A DNA stretch of 38,479 nt. Source: a virus. Lineage: Duplodnaviria; Caudoviricetes. Positions 35,242 through 38,479 of this stretch are shown here, piece by piece. The position numbers were made by a program, and so were the translations under genes. A model generated the notes under the pieces. The model was not told where the DNA came from. It was given only the letters and a program-made list of their open reading frames with translations, and searched no databases. How positions within the stretch are numbered: the stretch's first letter is position 1; the number at the start of each line of letters is the position of its first letter. The stretch spans positions 1-38,479 of the IMG/VR virus record IMGVR_UViG_3300022178_004177, one strand, 5' to 3'.

Positions 35242-36822
35242 TTACCTCCAAGGTCTAGCTGAATAGCCAGGACTATTAAATCGGCGAGCAGCTTGTTGTT
35301 CTAACATAGCCAGTTCATGCTCACCTGTGCCGGCTAATCTGCGTGGATCAAAAGAAGAGCCACGACTAGGTGGGGTCGCTATTCGAGTTAACATTTCGGT
35401 AGCGTCCATAAGATCTCGATAGCTGCTTCTTGGAAACTGTGCTAGTTCTGAGATTAAATCGTCACAAGACTCGTGAATATACAGCTTTCGGCCACTTAAC
35501 AAAGGGACAAGTCCTAACACTCTATTGTTTTTTGACTTGTTTTGATGGCTTACCGGAATAACAGGAATGGTGTATCCCATATTCTCACAGGCTTCTCGGA
35601 GGTGCTTCATTAGCCACTCCTGGCCTCCTCCTGCAGCTTCAAAGCCTATCTTGGATGCTTGCCAAGTTTGAGCAGCGGCAATGATGTGCTCAATCATTTC
35701 GTCGGGTTTAACTCTTAGTCGACGAGCTTCTAATACATAGAGTTTGCCCATTTCATTCATGGCTCCGACGACCAGTCCGGTATAGTCATGACCGTCCCAG
35801 GCGGGATCTACTGCAATAAACACCTGCAACAAAGCTCGCTCGAGGAACTCTTTTTTGTCGCCTTTCCACTGTACGTCTTCCAAGAGACTGGGAGCAAACA
35901 TGGCATTTTCGCTATCGACAGGCTCGTTCATCATTTGACTAGAGAACGTCCATTCACCCATTTCCTCACGCAACTCCCCTAAAACCTTGCGGCTAAACTT
36001 TTGCGGGAAAATGACCTTGCCACTCTCAAGCGCCTTCCTAAGACGGATATCGTACAAGTCGGTTAGGTTTGTCATAATATGGTTGTACAGGTCGTTCCAA
36101 TGCCACCGTGTTCCGATAACGATAAGGGATCCTCTAATAGGATCTTCTTCAGAGGGTGGTTCTAGGAGTGCTTGTAGTTCTCTGTATTTTTGTAGTGATT
36201 TGCGGATACCTGCTTCTGTTTGGACTGTACGGTCAGAAATAGGGTCATCGAGTATCATCACGTCTGGGTGGCGACCTGCAGTAGATTCCGTAATCGACTT
36301 TGCTTCTACAGAGGGGGATCTGTTTACTTTTTCTCGGTTAATAAGTAGAGCTGATTTTGTCCATATCCGTCGCTCACTAGGAGGAGGGACTAGATTTGGC
36401 CAATATTTAGATATCTTAGGGGCTACAAGCTGGTCTTGTATTTCTCTCAAGAAAGCTTCTGCAAGGTCTTGAGTTTCGTTAAAGATCGCAAACGTCCGGT
36501 TAGGATTTTGGATCAAACGCCACAGGGTCCACCCTACGGTAATCAAGCTGCTTTTAAGATGACCTCGTGGCAGCAAAAGCAACTTACGCCGATTCGGGCC
36601 ATTATTAACAAGGTCTGAAACATCGCCGTGCAAATCGTCGTCTAGGTCTTTGTATCCCAGGACGTGCCGGCAGAAAAACAAGTGGTCGTTCTCTGCCCGT
36701 TTCCTAAACTCGTCGTCTAAAACCTGTAAATCAAGCTCTGCTAGCTCGTTCTCTAACTCCTCTGTGGGCCTTTTTTTATCTGTAGTCATTGGTAAACTGC
36801 CACTCTTCCCAAGCCTCATCAT
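35242..36822 (-). CDS. terL: Terminase large subunit
   Basis: LLLLPRGHLKSS (Walker A-like), GRHPDVMILDD (Walker B), IVIGTRW (motif III), FIAVDPA and DLMDA (RNase H-like acidic residues). Confidence 0.92.
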   Translation of the reverse strand: MMRLGKSGSLPMTTDKKRPTEELENELAELDLQVLDDEFRKRAENDHLFFCRHVLGYKDLDDDLHGDVSDLVNNGPNRRKLLLLPRGHLKSSLITVGWTLWRLIQNPNRTFAIFNETQDLAEAFLREIQDQLVAPKISKYWPNLVPPPSERRIWTKSALLINREKVNRSPSVEAKSITESTAGRHPDVMILDDPISDRTVQTEAGIRKSLQKYRELQALLEPPSEEDPIRGSLIVIGTRWHWNDLYNHIMTNLTDLYDIRLRKALESGKVIFPQKFSRKVLGELREEMGEWTFSSQMMNEPVDSENAMFAPSLLEDVQWKGDKKEFLERALLQVFIAVDPAWDGHDYTGLVVGAMNEMGKLYVLEARRLRVKPDEMIEHIIAAAQTWQASKIGFEAAGGGQEWLMKHLREACENMGYTIPVIPVSHQNKSKNNRVLGLVPLLSGRKLYIHESCDDLISELAQFPRSSYRDLMDATEMLTRIATPPSRGSSFDPRRLAGTGEHELAMLEQQAARRFNSPGYSARPWR

Positions 36823-37129
36823 GATCGTCTTCTACAATAATGGGAGTCCATTCTCCTGTATGAATATCGGCAATATTGTACTCGTAGTACTCGGTAACGT
36901 CGTCAGGAGGAATTCCTAACTCAAACATCAAAGTCTTTAAAATCGCCATTCGGCTATATACAGCCACTAAGTTCTTGTCAGTTTTCCCCCGAAACAGCGT
37001 AACACCTATTAACGCATTGTCTAAATCGTCAAATACAATCGCTTCAGGGTTGCTTTCCGCCAGTCTCTCTCGGATCTGCTGGCCTGATTTCGATGGTCCC
37101 TTGCTCTTCAATGGCTGTTCCTCGCTCAT
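36776..37129 (-). CDS. Conserved phage hypothetical protein
   Basis: FDDLDNALIGV...VAVYS...EYYEYNI...GEWTPIIV is a pattern I recall from environmental phages. Confidence 0.6.
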   Translation of the reverse strand: MSEEQPLKSKGPSKSGQQIRERLAESNPEAIVFDDLDNALIGVTLFRGKTDKNLVAVYSRMAILKTLMFELGIPPDDVTEYYEYNIADIHTGEWTPIIVEDDHDEAWEEWQFTNDYR

Positions 37130-37577
37130 CGAGTATCCTCCTTAAATATTCCCTACGTTCGACCTTGTTACTCAACTCTTGGCCCGTTGCCGACACCGCC
37201 ACGGAACTCTCAGGAGTTTTGCCTAATGTTCTCTCTAACAAAAACTTAGTTGCCTGGTATCTCACAGGATTGTCAGCCGACACCTCTCCGGTCTTCGGGT
37301 CAACCTTCTCAGCCTGCGTCAACTCTTCCATTTTTTGCATTAACGAATACAGCCGGTTCTCTTGCCAGTTAGATAACCGAGAAGCCTTCTCTATCGCCTT
37401 ATTCTTAAACTCCTCCGGGAACTGCGCCAAAACACGCTTTTCCATTTCAGAGCCGCTTTTCTCCACAGCTACCAAAAAACTTTCCCAGTCTCCAGGCCAC
37501 GCACACCACTTCAACTCTAGGTTTCCCTGAGCATTGTCCAATATGTCACCTGACCTCGGAGCCAAAAAACCACTCAT
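37044..37577 (-). CDS. Candidate terminase small subunit
   Basis: Two genes upstream of terL; helical; VRYQATKFLLERTLGK resembles TerS oligomerisation helices. Confidence 0.45.
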   Translation of the reverse strand: MSGFLAPRSGDILDNAQGNLELKWCAWPGDWESFLVAVEKSGSEMEKRVLAQFPEEFKNKAIEKASRLSNWQENRLYSLMQKMEELTQAEKVDPKTGEVSADNPVRYQATKFLLERTLGKTPESSVAVSATGQELSNKVERREYLRRILDERGTAIEEQGTIEIRPADPRETGGKQP

Positions 37578-38137
37578 GTCAACTTCCTTACAAAATCAGG
37601 TGTCACCACTTCCGGCAATACATACAACTCACTCCACCTCAACGTCTTCAAGCTCCAAGGCAATCCCCGCAGCTCTCCGTTTACCTTCACACCATACTTC
37701 GTCAACCTCTTTAACCTAGAAACCTTCGCCATCTTACAACTCGCCTGTCTCATTGCCGGCAACCTAGCCCTCGCCTTTCGACGCTTCACTATCGCCTTCA
37801 ACCAATGAATCTTCTCTCTCGAAGCCAAAGGCGCCACTGTGCAGGTTGTAAATGTTCTACCCCATGCAGTCTTATCTTTCAGCCCTTTTTTCCAACGACG
37901 ACGTGCTGCGTCCTTCAACCAACGCCTCTCTTGCAAACACGGCAACGTCTGACCAAACAACAACACCAACTGCAATCTCTTCCTATGAGGCAACTTTCTC
38001 TTATTCTCAAATAAGCTTATACACGCCTCCCTACTCCAACCTAAAAGCCTTCTAAACTCCTGTACGTCCCATCCTCGACTCCTTAACTGATACTCCCACT
38101 CCCGATATCTTCGATAATATCGCTGTTTTCTTGTCAA
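37574..38137 (-). CDS. Very basic protein with possible HTH
   Basis: VQEFRRLLGWSREACISLFENKRK is XRE-HTH-like. Likely TTG start at 38137 after GGGAG (the track gives 38170). ATGA overlap with the next gene. Confidence 0.5.
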   Translation of the reverse strand: MTRKQRYYRRYREWEYQLRSRGWDVQEFRRLLGWSREACISLFENKRKLPHRKRLQLVLLFGQTLPCLQERRWLKDAARRRWKKGLKDKTAWGRTFTTCTVAPLASREKIHWLKAIVKRRKARARLPAMRQASCKMAKVSRLKRLTKYGVKVNGELRGLPWSLKTLRWSELYVLPEVVTPDFVRKLT

Positions 38138-38183
38138 GTTAAAATCTCCCTTCGTAAGTGCCCACAACAAAACAACTTATATT

Positions 38184-38211
38184 TTGTACTTGCTTTTTTT
38201 TTTATTATCAT
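38184..38211 (+). promoter_or_regulatory. Possible sigma70-type promoter, divergent from the structural operon
   Basis: TTGTAC-N16-TATCAT with a T-tract spacer in non-coding DNA. Confidence 0.3.
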
Positions 38212-38479
38212 GCACTCTCGCATCTCTCTATTCTCTCCTAACAATAAGGACGGCGGCCAGAGGGGGATCTTATTCTCCACCCTTTTGCAACCTTTCCATG
38301 ACACACGAACCACGAAACTCTGTATGAAATACCATTTACCCACGACTCATGACACAAGAAACCAGGGGTAAATGTTTTCAATAGGCTACATGTGGCCAAA
38401 AGCCGGGGGTTTGGCTCTATGAGAGCTTTGACCCAACGTACCCTACGGTATAGGAGGGTTTTAGGGATCACTTATGATG

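Noticed and set aside
38108-38137. Perfect TTGACA -35 box on the minus strand
   Set aside because: No -10 hexamer at 16-18 nt spacing; it coincides with the likely TTG start codon.
38134-38471. Short minus-strand ORFs at the right end
   Set aside because: No motifs or clear SD, and one crosses an A10 tract; more likely a non-coding control region.
1-38479. Alternative genetic code or stop-codon reassignment
   Set aside because: Standard code 11 gives near-complete coding density, and TAA, TGA and TAG all occur at sensible gene ends.

Overview
The whole window is tailed-phage (Caudoviricetes, podovirus-like) DNA in two convergent blocks; no tRNA, rRNA, CRISPR array or integrase was seen. Block B (6562-~38140, minus strand, ~31.6 kb, almost gap-free) is a near-complete short-tailed virion operon. 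It runs: HTH-like gene, candidate small terminase, large terminase, portal, FmdB-type Zn ribbon, membrane/lysis-type cassette, fibre genes, scaffold, major capsid, decoration, adaptor, nozzle, and four ejection-type proteins ending in a 2898-aa giant. Block A (1-6570, plus strand) holds the 3' part of a second, different internal-virion/ejection gene, a TM/coiled-coil plus lipoprotein pair, small ORFs and a C5 cytosine methyltransferase split over two overlapping frames. Main observations: (1) two apparently different virion modules meet tail-to-tail with a 9-bp overlap and share a diverged homologous membrane gene; (2) the dual-frame methyltransferase has both starts and an upstream stop packed into TTGAATGA; (3) an ejection-region protein and a fibre carry tandem peptide repeats. 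All product calls come from motifs and gene order read by eye; no database search was run.
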